NCBI GenBank assembly: GCA_013265495.1
Contig: MU057822.1
Location: 299,852-363,851 of the forward strand
From: Vicugna vicugna
Taxonomy: Eukaryota
DNA length: 64,000 bases
Reading direction: 5' to 3'
Shown in pieces: positions 49,160-61,700 of the stretch (positions within the stretch are counted from its first letter, which is position 1; each line of letters opens with the position of its first letter). The position numbers and the translations under genes were made by a program. The notes beneath the pieces are model-generated. The model was not told the origin of the DNA. It saw only the letters and a program-made list of their open reading frames with translations, and did not search any database.

Positions 49160-52100
49160 GCAAGTCACAGCAGATATATTCAAGCACCTCAGATGGTGGT
49201 GGCTGAGCTTTAATTATGCCAAGCTCTGGGAAAACAGCTTCTTCTGCTAATGTAAATAACTTTTGCAAGGTGTTCTTTTAAAGGCAGTAGTGGGGAGAGA
49301 ATTTGATCTCCCTTGCTTTGTGTTACCTTGTCAGCTAAATTTTCCAAGGCTTTTAGGTATTTTCTTTTCTTTCAGTGGTTTAGTACCTGAGATTACATGA
49401 TTGTGTGACCTGATGAGCTGAATTTGATATGATCCAGTGTCCAACCCCTCAGCTTTTCCTTCTGTACCATTTCCTTTGACATTTTATTCTACTCTCTCTT
49501 GTATCTACTTGGATGAAGTTCTCGGTCATACTCTCTTTGTTAGAAACACATCAGTCGTAAATTAATCCATGGGAGTGTGGCTCAGGGAGTTTCACAGCCA
49601 ATGTTTCCTGTCATCTCACTTCATTTGATACTGCTGTTTGGGGTCCCGAGGAGATAGCCTGCTATGTTTTTTATTTTGCGTTTTCTCTGTTGCTCTCCCA
49701 AGTTGGCCTTTTAGGACAACAGAAAACAAAACATAGACCAGATGATATCAGGCAAAATGCCCCTTAGTTTCTGTTGGAGATGTGGCCCTTGGTAGTCAGT
49801 TTGGCAGGTTGAGCATCTTTTTACGTTGTTTAGTCATCTTTTGTATTCTCCTCCATGCCTGAAGGAGTGGCTTTTCTCCTGGGTGGGTGAAGAAGACAGT
49901 TTCCGCCATCAAGAAGCACTCCACCTTGTGTTGTTGTGTTGCCTTCAGAGAGTCAAGAGAGACCTTGCTTCCTAGAGCTGCTTGTTCTGTTTTCATTGTG
50001 GGGCCGATGTTTCCCATGAGGTGGCTGCTGTGCTCCACACGGTCCGTATACAGGTTACTCCCAGCTGTCTGTGGTTGACGTGGGCTTGAGTGCATTTTAA
50101 TACCTAAACCTAGTAACTGAAACAAACAGGTCTAAGATTCGTAGGCACATACGGTAAGTATTAGGTTAGCAAAGCTGACTTTAGTCAAGGCCTTTCTTTG
50201 GATGAGTTTCTGAGTCATCTAAGAGTGAAATGAAATGATTTTAATTAGACTGAGTATGATTTATAGCTGCTTCTTTTTTCTCCCCTAGATTTTATGAGCT
50301 TTCTCTCATTGACCTTGTGCAACTTGCTTATAAATTAAATTGCTTTGATAAAAGTGCCCTGGGGTTGAAGTAGTTTAGATAATTGTAATCTGTGTAATGG
50401 ATTCTTTAATTAAAATGTTTGCTGTTTATCTACTGATTAGGCTTCATAACTATCAACATTACCAGATGCTCAATTTTGTATTGTTGGATGTGGGTGTAAG
50501 CTGTTATCTGTTATGTCTTTGTTAAAAGCTGGAATGGAAGAGACCTAGCAGTGGATTCAGTGCTGGCTTTTAGAAGGTCACAGAGTGCCCACTGCTGTCT
50601 GCAGGAGAAATTACACATGTAAAATAGTGGAAGAGCTCCAACACAAATGTGTGCAGTTAAATGTGAAGCAGGTGTTGCTCATTTCTGTAATGTAGGAATC
50701 TTGATGGTTTGGGGATGCTGTCACCAATTTGATGAAAAGGAAGTTTTTTGTGTATTATCAGGAAAACACTTTAAAAAAAGGAGAGAGAATTAATAGTGTA
50801 TGTTAAAAACAGTTAATATAATAATTTTTTTCCTGATTACCAGCGACATATAGTATTTGGAAATTTTAGTATTTGGAAAATATATAGTATTTGGAAATTT
50901 TAGAATGATATAAAGAAAAAAGTAAATAATCTGTAATTCAACTACTGTTAACCTTTTGTTTATCCTTTCAATAATTTTCTTATGTCTTATATTTCTACAC
51001 ATGGGGTGGATACAAGACTGGGCAGGAGTTTGTGGGACGCTTGAGTTTATGCTTGATTTTGTACTTTAAAAATTAGGCTTATCATTTTTGTGCATCTACC
51101 TTTTTTGTACTGGAAAATTAAAAACATATATTAACAACAGCAAAATCCCTTCAGAGGAAAGTTAGTCTGCCCTGCTACTTTTCAAATAGAAGATGTGAAC
51201 TGAGAGTCTGAATTTTTAAATATGATGACATTCTTCAGTTGTGTAAATCATGTCAGTCACTATTTATAGGCTATCCAAATAGTGAATGACACTCAGGGGA
51301 TCCCAGAGTCTGGTGAAAATGAAGAGTCTGCCAGTTGTAACAGAACATCTGTCCTCATGAAACGTAGTTGAGTATCTTGTTGCAGCGTCTTTTGGCAGTA
51401 GTAAGGAGGAGAATGGAATTTTTAGACTCTCGGCATTTTTGTCTGTAAACATGCTTTGCAAAGTGCTCTACAGATGTGAGTCAGTACTCCCTGAGATCAC
51501 ACCGTGTTTCAGGATGTTAGAATATTTGTCACTGTGAAAGTGTTATAAAAGTTCCTGAAAGGGCTTTTTCTCCTGGAACGCTCTGGTTTCGTAGCCCGGG
51601 GTCAGAATGACTGCAGCAAACTTTGCTGTGGTTTGAGAGAGTTTGGGGAAACTAGTGGTCCAGAAAGCAGGGGCTCAGAAATAGAACACTGTTACTCATT
51701 GCTATAGTGACTTATTTAGATATTGTAACAATTTGGTTTAAAAGTGCCCTGGGCAAGATGCTTCTTTACACCAAGTCCGCTATGTTGCTTAACAACAAAG
51801 TACTTCACCTCAGGTCTTGGAATAAAATAGGGGCCTGCATTTACTGTGAGGCGGAGAAATGACTCCAGGGTCAGTCTTGCTCCTCGCTAGGGTCTCACTT
51901 GTGGAAAGTTTGCTCCCTTTTCTTCCCAGGTCTTTCTCATGACTTTCCCCTTTTCTTTCCCTATCTGCCGCTGCACTTACTTTCCAGACCTCACCTGTTA
52001 AAGTTGGGAATTATCTGCTAGCTAATCAGTTATTTTCATTTATAGTAGTACTGAAACCCATTTGTATTAGTTATTAAATTATGTAACTCCCTTGAGAAGG

Positions 52101-52863
52101 ACCTCACACGAGCGAGCAGGCCTCTTTTGTACCTCAGACTGTGCAGAGTTTGTACGATTTTCCTTTACCTTGAAAAACACACAGAGCTCCTCCAAATATC
52201 TGAAATAGAGTACTCTCCCTATTTCACAGAGGAGATGGAGGCACAGAGAGCTTGTGTAGTTTGGCCTCAAATTTAGTGGACCTCAATTCACGGTTCATTT
52301 GGCTCTCATCAGTACGTTCTGCCCTTGTAATCAGAAAAGGGGTTCTGTGGGAATTAGTGAGACAGAAGAAGCAACAGTGGGGTGTCACCATATTAGGCTC
52401 CTCTGCTGCCCTTGGAGGTGAACCTGATTTGTGAGGAGATGTGCAGGCAAGGCCGCCTGCTCCTTCCCCCCGGGGCCCCATTCTCTGGAGGCTCACCAGG
52501 GTTTCCAGGAGTTCTGGGGCAGCAGAAGCGTGTGGCTGCCCAGTACTGCATCTTCTAGGCTTGGGCACATGCCTGCTTTGTGCTGCCAGAGGCCTGCCTG
52601 CCTGCCTGCCTGCCTGCGTGCCTGTGCACAGCCCTTTCTGCCCTGACGTAGAGGGTGCTCTCTTACTAGTGATTTTGTGATTGTTGTTGTTGTTGCCAGG
52701 CTCTATGGGACATCCATCGTGGCCAGTTCTCTGTCTTGGTGTACTGTATTTCGACTCTTAACTCAATCATTCCTATTCTTGATAGATTTTTAAAGTGGAC
52801 TTTCTGAAAACAACTTTATTAAGTTATAATTCACATACCATATAGATCACCATTTGGAAAGAT

Positions 52864-52989
52864 TTTTTTTCTCTTTCTCTCTCTCTTTTTTTTTTTTTTT
52901 TTTTTTTTTTGATGGAGGTACTGGGGATTGAACCCAGGACCTCATGTATGTTAAGCATGCAGTCCAGCACTGAACTATACCTTCTCCCC
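52864..52989 (-). mobile_element. tRNA-Ala-derived SINE
   Basis: atggaggtactggggattgaacccaggacctc head with long poly-T. Confidence 0.88.
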
Positions 52990-53462
52990 TGGAAAGACTT
53001 TTGAGGAGGTGTTCATTTATTGAGGCACGGAGCCTCATATTTGAAGCTATTTCTAAGTCACATTGGTTGCATGATAGAGTTGTGCTGGCGGGAACTGCAA
53101 ATGTGTCCCATACAATTAAATATCAAAGGACTGAATGTGGTCCGTTGTGTGTTTGATGTTACAGTTGCCTGTGTGTGATCAGCAAGTTTCAAGTGATTAC
53201 TTTCAAGGCAGTTGGGGCAGGGTATGCTTAACATGTTTATTTATAGATTATTTTGGTTCTGACCAGAATGAATAATATACTATTAATAATGAAATTCTAG
53301 TACTTTTAAAACATGGTAGCTCAGCTATCATTTATTCATAACTACTGTGCTTAAACCTTACACATTAGTGCTGTTGGAGGACATAGCCAACCAGTACACA
53401 GATTATTGCTTTGGTTTGTTCATTTGTGAGTAATACTGTTCACCATTCGTATTGTCTTGTAG

Positions 53463-53586
53463 GTGTGAGAAGGGTGTGATGTCTCTGGTGAATGTCAGGA
53501 ACTGCATCCGCTTCTATCAGACTGCGGAGGAGCTGAACGCCAGCACGCTGATGAACTACTGTGCAGAAATCATAGCGAGTCATTGG
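53463..53586 (+). CDS. ANKFY1: ANKFY1 exon 5 (end of BTB / BACK-like helices)
   Basis: gtcttgtAG|GTGTGAG...CATTGG|GTGAGT; 124 nt; CEKGVMSLVNVRNCIRFYQTAEELNASTLMNYCAEIIASHW. Confidence 0.97.
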
Positions 53587-54666
53587 GTGAGTGTGGGCTT
53601 GAGGGCTGTGGACAAAGCACCCGCACTGAAAGTCAGAAGACCTGGGCTTGAGACCTGGTTCCATAGGCAGATCCCACTCTGGCCCCTAGTTTCCTCTTCC
53701 TCAAAACTGAAGGCTAAGTAGTTGCACTAGATCATCTCTGAGATTCCTTTGGCTCTGAAAGTCTCACTGTTCTGATTTTGAAGTAGAGGGGCAGAAGATA
53801 GCTCAGATCAGAAAGCAGGCTTGGAAGGAAGGGACACCTGCTTCACCTTTCGTCTGCAGAAGCTGCGGCTGAGCCGGGGAGCAAGTGCTGCTGCGGGGCC
53901 GACAGGCCTGCATGTGGTGCTCTGCAGCACCATCTCCCAGCTCCCCCTGCCTTCTCATCGCGTGGAGAGCCCTGTGAAATTCAGCGTGGCCCCGCTTAGG
54001 TAGCTCTCGTCCTACAGAACAGGCTTTACATTGCTTTTTTTGGTGTCTGTTTTGCATTTTTAAAAAAAAACATGGTGAGTGCTATGTTTTATAACCTAGT
54101 TTCTGTAAATTGTTTGGTATTCAACAGTGTTATGAGAGGAAGTGTCTTAACTGGATATTAAAGACTTGAAACAGGAACAGTACCTGCCCTGCTAGAACAG
54201 GTGGGAGCTTAGAGATCTGTAACCGGAGAGACTGACGGAGACTCAGGGGAAGGAGTTGTTTGCGGAAGTTCTGATTGATTCCGTGATTGCCATCTTTGTA
54301 GGGTTGTGGGCTGGCTCTGTTCTCACGTGGAGGCCCCGTGGCTGCGTCCTTGTGGGATGTCAGTGCTGCCTGTGCTTCACCATCTCACCGGGAGGCCAGG
54401 CTCCAGGTCCTGGCTCGGCCGTTCAGTCACTGTGTGAACTTGGGCATGTTAATTAGCCTCTTTGTGCTTTACTTTCTTCATCTGTAAATGGGGATAATAC
54501 TAGTACCCATGTCCTATGGTTTTTGTGAGGATTAAATGAGTTGGGAAATGTTAAGCCCTGTAAAGTAGAGCCAGACGCATTCCAAGGGCTTCTTAATAAA
54601 TGTTGGTTGTTGCTATTGTTGGTACGTGGAATCTGTTCTGCTTCTCACTGTGTGTCTCATCCTCAG

Positions 54667-54816
54667 GATGACTTACGGAAGGAGGACTTCAGCAGCATGA
54701 GTGCTCAGTTGTTGTACAAAATGATCAAATCTAAGACTGAGTATCCGTTACATAAAGCTATCAAAGTGGAGCGAGAAGATGTGGTCTTCCTTTATCTAAT
54801 TGAAATGGATTCACAG
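54667..54816 (+). CDS. ANKFY1: ANKFY1 exon 6
   Basis: catcctcAG|GATGAC...TCACAG|GTACTG; 150 nt; DDLRKEDFSSMSAQLLYKMIKSKTEYPLHKAIKVEREDVVFLYLIEMDSQ (first ankyrin repeat). Confidence 0.97.
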
Positions 54817-54869
54817 GTACTGTACCTTTTCCCCAAACTATCTTCACTTGTTTTCCTCTGTAATATCCT

Positions 54870-55620
54870 GTGAGACATTCTGGGCGCAGTCTTTAATGTA
54901 CATATTTCTACTAGTAGTTTGTTCAGGCCAATCTGAGCTTTTTCTGTCGTGTTTCTCAAAATTCTTCCAGCCTCTGCCTATGGCCCACTTCCAAGGACAC
55001 TTCCACATTTTTAGGCAGTTGTTATAGCAGTACCCGACTTCCTGGTACCAAAATCTGTTTTGGTTTTTCTTTTGCCACTGTAAGAAATTACCACAAGCCT
55101 AGTGGCCTAAAACAACACAAATTTATTATCTTATAGTTTTGTACATTGGAAATCCAGTACTCATCACCCATTTAAAAATCAAGATGTTGGCAGGCTGTGT
55201 TCCTTTCTGGAGGCTCGAGGGAGGCCTGTTTGTTTGAGCTGTTGGCACAATTCAGTTCCTTGTGTTTATAGGCCCAACATCCCCATTTTCTTCCTGGCTG
55301 TAAGCTTCGTCAGGTCCATTCTCAACTTCCAGAGGCCACCACATTCTTTAGTCTGTGGCCCCCTTCCTCCATCTTCAAAGCCAGTAATGGCGGATCAAGT
55401 CCTTCTCATGTGACATCTGTCTGACTTACTCTTTCACTTTTAAGGACTCATGTAATTAGAGAGATTGGACCCGCCTGGATAGTCCAGGATACTCCACCCA
55501 TCTCAGGCTCCTTAACCTTAGTCACATCTGCATAGTGCCTTTCATTGTGTGACGTGACAGCTCACAAGTTCCGGGGATTAGGACATGGACATCTTTGGGG
55601 GCTGTTGTTCTGCCTCCCAC
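54870..55620 (-). mobile_element. MLT1 LTR plus adjoining MaLR internal segment
   Basis: ggtaccaaaatc junction at ~55055 is the reverse of the MLT-int start GATTTTGGTACC, followed by an antisense MLT1 LTR. Confidence 0.75.
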
Positions 55621-56075
55621 GCTACCTTAGAAGAACTGTAGTTGCTCTTGACAGATGGGTGTGCAGTATGTTTTATCCTGGGTGTCCAGGGTTTGGGGAG
55701 ACGTTAAACTGCTAGGAGGAATTAGATAGTTAGGTCACAGTCTTTCATGAAAGCGTCAGCTGTTTCCCATCAAGCTCTCTGAACCTCTGCTCTGGCACTT
55801 GTGTTCCTACGGCATTGTCTGCATTTCCCCCTTGCATTGTCTTCTATGGTGTTTGCACCTGCTCTGTGATCCCCATTAGTTCTGGGCCCCATGAACAGCA
55901 TGTACCTTGAGGAGGCCTGAGAGAAGTTTGCGAATTCAGTTGCATTTGGGGAGTAAGCAGTGTCATAGGACTAAAATTTGCCATTTCTGTGAGATGGTAT
56001 TTAAGAGTCAGGGTGGGAGCGATTTGGTTGTATTCTCTACTCGCCGGATACTAATTTACAGATTTCTCTGTGCAG

Positions 56076-56241
56076 CTCCCTGGGAAGCTGAATGAATTGG
56101 ATCATAATGGAGATCTTGCTTTAGATCTAGCCCTTTCGCGGCGACTGGAGAGTATTGCCAGCACACTGGTTAGTCACAAAGCTGATGTGGACATGGTGGA
56201 CAAGAATGGCTGGAGCTTGTTACATAAAGGAATCCAAAGAG
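56076..56241 (+). CDS. ANKFY1: ANKFY1 exon 7 (ankyrin repeats)
   Basis: ctctgtgcAG|CTCCCT...CAAAGAG|GTAGGA; 166 nt; LPGKLNELDHNGDLALDLALSRRLESIASTLVSHKADVDMVDKNGWSLLHKGIQR. Confidence 0.97.
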
Positions 56242-58800
56242 GTAGGAAGAGTGTGTTTTATATTTTTCTCTGTGGACAATTTTACTTTTATCCAAGTAAC
56301 TTTTGAAGATGCTGACTCTGTCCCACAAATTCTCAAAGTCTTCTTGAGTCTATGCTTGCAGGCTGCAGGATTTAGAATTTGTGGTCAGTGGGTCAGAGGA
56401 GAGACTGAAGAACTGTTGGCTTATGCCCGGTTGGTTAGGCTTTTCCTTGTCAACAGGACCCCCAGAAGAAGGCTAGAAAGATGGTACTTTCTGAAGAAGT
56501 ACCCTTTACTTGTAAGCAATTAATGTGTTATTTGCTTATTCAGTGCATTGCTTTCTCCAGGAATTGTGCTAGGAAGACTTCACTTGTATCGGTTACTATG
56601 AGAGAGGGAAAGTCTCAAAAACACAATACTCAAACGTATCCTTGGATTCAGAGTTTTCACTTTTACGGACTAGATGTCTCATCTATCATGGCAAAGTGAT
56701 AAAGTTTCATTTTGCTCTAGAAAAGTATTTTGAAGTTGCAGCTATCTTGTGAGCGTTTTGTCAGTAGTGGGAAGGCTCTGGAAGTGATAGAATTAAGATC
56801 AGGAGGTTTTCATCTCAATGAATTAACTTTTCAAGGAAAAAAAAAGTATTAGTCTTTTGGTTTTTTTTTCTGTGGCCTTAATAATTCTTAACTCCCAAAT
56901 GGATTCTGCGTGACTCTACTTGGCAGTAGTCATTTTTTTTGGCTGAGTGAGAAGCTGTGTAGGGGTGCAGTTCCAGTATGGAATGCAAGCTCTCACATGT
57001 CTCAGAGCCTTCCTTCTACAGAGGGATAGATGGATTGATTGAGGTACTTGGCCATGGCCACATTTTGTTTACACATGGACATCGAGAACAGAATATACTG
57101 GTTTCCCCACATCTTAATCATGTTTATTTAACCTTCCAGTTCTGTGTTACTATACTATTATCTCTGCTACACTTTGGCCATTCACAAGTTGCTCCTAGTT
57201 GTTGGAATGTAGTTACTTCAAATATGGTCCTGTTGCAGCTGTGGCTTTGCCCTTTTTGGGCAAAGATTTTAATATAAATATCCCTCTAAGCTATGTGTTA
57301 GAGTGTTAAGCTTGCTGGCTGGTGGAGAGGAAAATTTTGTTCATCGTTGGGAAGGAAGTCCTTTTGAGTATGTGAGTGTCAAGAGCAGACGCATTTTTCC
57401 CAAGCACCACTCTGCACCGTGCAGGGCCATTGGGTGCTTAGCGCTGGGCGTATGTTCCATGGGGAACATTTCTACCACATCGGGAAGTATTCTTTCCCAT
57501 ACTTTTTAGTTTCTGAGCTGTTTATTTTGGAAACAAATTACATTTGTTACTAAAAAAAACAATCTCAGAGTTATGTTTCTTTCCTCTTAGGGACTTAAAT
57601 TCTTATGTGTGATGAAAAAACATCTTTGATGAGTTATTAAATATTTCGGTGATTGCTTAGTTACGAGCCTTGCCAAGAATTGGTGATACATTCTTGATGC
57701 TAATTTTCAGATGATTTAATCTTCTGCTCCAAATATATCAGTTGCCTGCCTTGTGAGCATGTGGCCTGCAGTGTGGGCATGATAAACCTGATTGCTACTA
57801 GCTTGGGAGAGTGTGGCATGGTGTGGTGAATGGAGCACTGGCATTGGAGCCTGGATGTACTAAGATTTGAATCCTGGCTCTTCCACTTGTTCTTGGACAA
57901 GTCACGTAACCATTCCTCACCTGTGAAATGGGAATCATTTCTGCTTTACTGGTTGTTGGATGAATGAGGGCCAGTGTTAGTAGCACGCCCAGCCCGGTGA
58001 CTACTGCGTGGTAGGGTCGGCCTGCGCTCTTACCTTGCCCCTGTGTTGGAGTGCCTTGACCAGCTTCGCTTTCTGTAGGAATTTTTTTCACTTTTCCTTC
58101 TTCAGCTTGAGCTGTCAGTCTGTTGACCTATCCAAATGATTAAATTGAATAATATTCTTAAAATATGAGTGAAGATCTTCTAATATATGAGATTTAGGTC
58201 TGGTTAGAATCTATAACCAGAAGAGTCAGTGATCATCCTAATAACCAATCAGTTTGTATGAAGAATGAAACAGGCAGCTGGTGTCTGTGAGAGAGCCCAC
58301 AGGAGGCATACATGTGGCCGGAGGGATGCCATCCCCTCTGAGCAGCTGGATCTGGGCAAGAAGATGAGTCCTTGCTTTAAAAAAAAAATCTAGCTCTTCT
58401 TGTGCTCATTTTCCTTGATAATTAACTTCAGTCAGTGGGTCTGTTAAACAGCATGCTCCTGTCCAGTTACATGTACTGTTTGCAGATGAGGCCACCAACT
58501 GGAGCAGCTGAGATACAGTTTTCATTAATTAAGTAATGAAGGTTGCTGCCCACTCCCTGAATGAAACTTCTGTCAGGGAGCTTTGTTGAAAGAAAAATTA
58601 CATGTGGATTTTTTTTTTTTAAAGATTAACTACATCGTTGTGAATATTTTTATTGTGGACAAGTCATTATAGTAATGCCTCATTTACTTGGCAGTGTCAG
58701 TGAATGAGGTAATGAAGTAACTGGAACTTTTAAGCACCAAACAGTTTTTGTTTTAACTATTTTTGGTGGAAATCTTTCTAAAATGTATTAGAAGTTTTCT

Positions 58801-58915
58801 GAGGGGGACGGTATAGCTCAGTGGTGGAGTGCGTGCTTAGCAGGCACAAGGTCCTGGGTTCAATCCCCAGTACCTCCATTAAAAAATAAACCTAATTACC
58901 TCCCCCCCAAAAAAT
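58801..58915 (+). mobile_element. tRNA-Ala-derived SINE (close to consensus)
   Basis: ggtatagctcagtggtggagtgcgtgcttagcaggcacaaggtcctgggttcaatccccagtacctcca closely resembles tRNA-Ala(AGC). SINE tail present. 17-bp TSD tgtattagaagttttct at 58784-58800 and 58916-58932. Confidence 0.93.
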
Positions 58916-59994
58916 TGTATTAGAAGTTTTCTTATTGACAGAAACTTTATAAATGGTGCTTTTGGCATTTTCTGTTCTCTCCCTTTGTTCTGCTTTTTTT
59001 GATGTCAGTTGTCCATTTCCTCTGGGTTGTATATCCACAGGCTGACTTTCTGTTAAAGTAAAACATCATCAATTTTCAATTTCCAGAAATTCCTAACTAA
59101 TTTTTTGTGTAGGGTGTGTGTATTGTATGTATGCTTATATGTAGAAGTTAAAAAAAACAACTTTGGCTCTTATTAATAAAGTGAATCTAATCTAAAAGCT
59201 ATGATTCTTTGTAAGAGGATTTAAGATATAAAAAAAAATTTATTGTACAATCCATCTGAATCCAGCCATCAATAGGTTTTCCTGTAGCCTTATTTCTGGG
59301 TGCCGTATTGCCTGGTTTTTCTTCCGTATGTACAGCGTATTGTAAGTTTTTCATTGATCTATCTTATTTTAGCTCTACTCTCTATTTATTACTTAGTTTG
59401 GCCTAGCTTAAAGGTAATGAAATCACATTCCACCTCTCCCCCAGTGTGTTATATATCAGATTTGTCATTTTAAGGCTCTCTGTCCTCATAATTCTAAATT
59501 TTCTTTCACTTGCAGCATGTAAGTGGCTTTCTCTAGGATATTTTATTCAATTGCTAATGTATTGTTTCTGCACATTCTCTCCTAGATTGAATCTCCTTGG
59601 GGTTTGTTCATATTACACGTCAGGACCCTACTGACAGCCCCGATATATATGTGAATATATGGATAGCAAAGGCCTGACCCAGCCCAGCCCCCTGATGTGC
59701 ATGTTACCTGTTGCTTTCTTTTTGTAAAGAAATCTAACTTTGGTCCTTTGCACATGGTATTGGTAAAGATTGCACCTTCCCCTAACCCCCAAGAAAAAAT
59801 CAGGGACAGAAGAATGAAAATATTTCAGAAGGGTCTGGTTAGAGAAGTCTTCAGTTACCCAATTAGAGCCAGTCTGTTAAAGTGGAACCTAGCAGCCTTG
59901 ACCAGTCAATGCATTTTCTTCCCAAACATTTCCCTGGTGCTTGTTTTCTGTAAGAGAGTGGTGGATACAAAAATAAATCAGACATGGACCAACT

Positions 59995-60860
59995 AGCATC
60001 TGAGGCACCCGTGATGGCCAAGCCACTTCAGTGCCAGAGCTCATACTCTCCAGCAAGATGGTCCCTTGGAAGAAAGAGTAGAGCAACTGGGAAATACTGA
60101 AAGCCAGATGATTTTTGAAATGCCATGTCTACCGAAGACCAGATGAAACATATTATTCAGGTGACAATGAGCAGAGGAATACAGATAACAGGCTTGAGAG
60201 CTTTGCCACCCCTGAAATCCTAAGTCCTTTTCTAAATGTTCAGATGGCAGAAGTATAGTTGAAGAAGATGAAATGATATTGCAGGATATAAAAGAAAACT
60301 TCTCAGAAGTGACTGTAAGAGAAATCACCACCTGGAAGTTGTGGTTCAGGGGATTGTGCATCCACAATACTAACAGAACGAGAAACACGGCAGTGTCCTG
60401 ATGTGAAGAGAAGAATGGAACAGCTCTGGCAAGAGCACTATTGCCAATGAGGAATATAGTAAAGAAGTTCAAGGCACCTTTAACAACCTGGTGTTTATCC
60501 TAAAACCTGCAGCAAATTGAAGTACAGTCGATGGTCGTGGGCCCAGCGAATCAACCTGGGAGCTTGCCCTGCATTTGGGGCTTCTTTCAGCTGAAAAAGA
60601 GTATGATTTGCAGAAGATTCACCCTATAGACCATGGTGAAATGGAGGTCTACAGAAAGTACCTCTGAATCCCAGAAGAGCTCTTGGGGTGACACTGGCAC
60701 ACCCGCCAAAGTTAGACATGGGGTCTGTCAGGGGAGAATGAGTTTGATTTGACTTCCCAGCCATGAGCTAATCGGTGCCATCTGGAGGCCACTGACAGAA
60801 ACAGTTGCTTCCACCCAGTACACGGAATGCCCCAAAGCATGTATTGTGCGTTTAATAAGT
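59995..60860 (+). pseudogene. Decayed coding-like relic, tentatively an MRG-family (MORF4L1/MORF4L2/MSL3-like) retrocopy
   Basis: Purine-rich, intronless, with many stops and frameshifts. Colinear peptide scraps KKTS, PGSCGSGDCAST, STIANEEYSKEVQ, IPEEL and LPSHELIGAI(LE) resemble MRG15/MRGX. Alignment is by eye only. Confidence 0.4.
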
Positions 60861-61438
60861 GATGACTTCTCTGTTAACAATTCATTATCTTGTGATGCAT
60901 TGTTATTCTTGCCTCATTTTCTTAAGAAGTGTTAATTTTATGTGTAGTAAGTGTTTTTGTATGTTTTAAATTGTGAATGAAACTAAATCCAAGGAATATT
61001 GAGCTTTAAGTAATCTTATGACAAATTTAATTGCTTAATTTCTATCATCTTCCAAATTAACTTGATAAGTATACTTTAGCTGGTTTTTTAGCAGTATTTT
61101 TAACATTAAATTACCACTTATCAGATTGCTTGGTTTTGAGTTTAACTGTATATTCACAGAACCAATCTCAAATCAGCTTTTCTTTGCTGGTATCTGACAA
61201 ACTATTTTCAGAATTTCATGCCTTTAATATTTTCACATAAACATAATTCTTTTGTCAAAATGGCAAGGGAGGGTTTTTTCCCTTCATACAGAGCACCGAA
61301 TAGTCAAAGGTGATACTTTGAACTGTTGAAATACCAGATTTATATGTTATTCAGTCTTAATGTGTTATTTGTAGGTTCTAAGTAGACTTTTCTACTTACA
61401 ACATGAGAGTTAAGGCAACTGAAGGGACTTAGAAGCTT

Positions 61439-61700
61439 CGAGGGGTTGTTTTTTGTGGGTTTTTTTTAAATTGAAGTACAGTTGATTTACAGAGTTGTGT
61501 TAGTTTCAGGTGTCCAGCAAAGTGATTCAGTTATCCATATATATATCTATTCTTTTTCAGATTCATTTCCATTATAAGTTATTACAAGATATGGTTGTAC
61601 TGAATATGGTTCCTTGTGATAAATAGTAGGTCCTTGTTTATCTGTTTTATATATAGTAAAGTACATCTGTTAATCCCAAACTCTTAATTTATCCCTCCCC
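61439..61700 (-). mobile_element. LINE-1 3' end fragment
   Basis: Same 3' UTR type as 33360-33600. TSD cttagaagctt at 61428-61438 and 61701-61711. Confidence 0.85.

Noticed and set aside
50848..50903. Three copies of tagtatttggaaa
   Set aside because: Short slippage-type duplication with no unique spacers; not CRISPR-like, and the DNA is eukaryotic.
58803..58879. Apparent tRNA-Ala(AGC) gene
   Set aside because: It has a SINE tail, 17-bp TSDs, a disrupted acceptor stem and seven related copies in the window, so it is a SINE.
60041..60472. 143-aa minus-strand ORF as an independent gene
   Set aside because: No ATG start or recognisable domain; better explained as the shadow of decayed + strand coding sequence.
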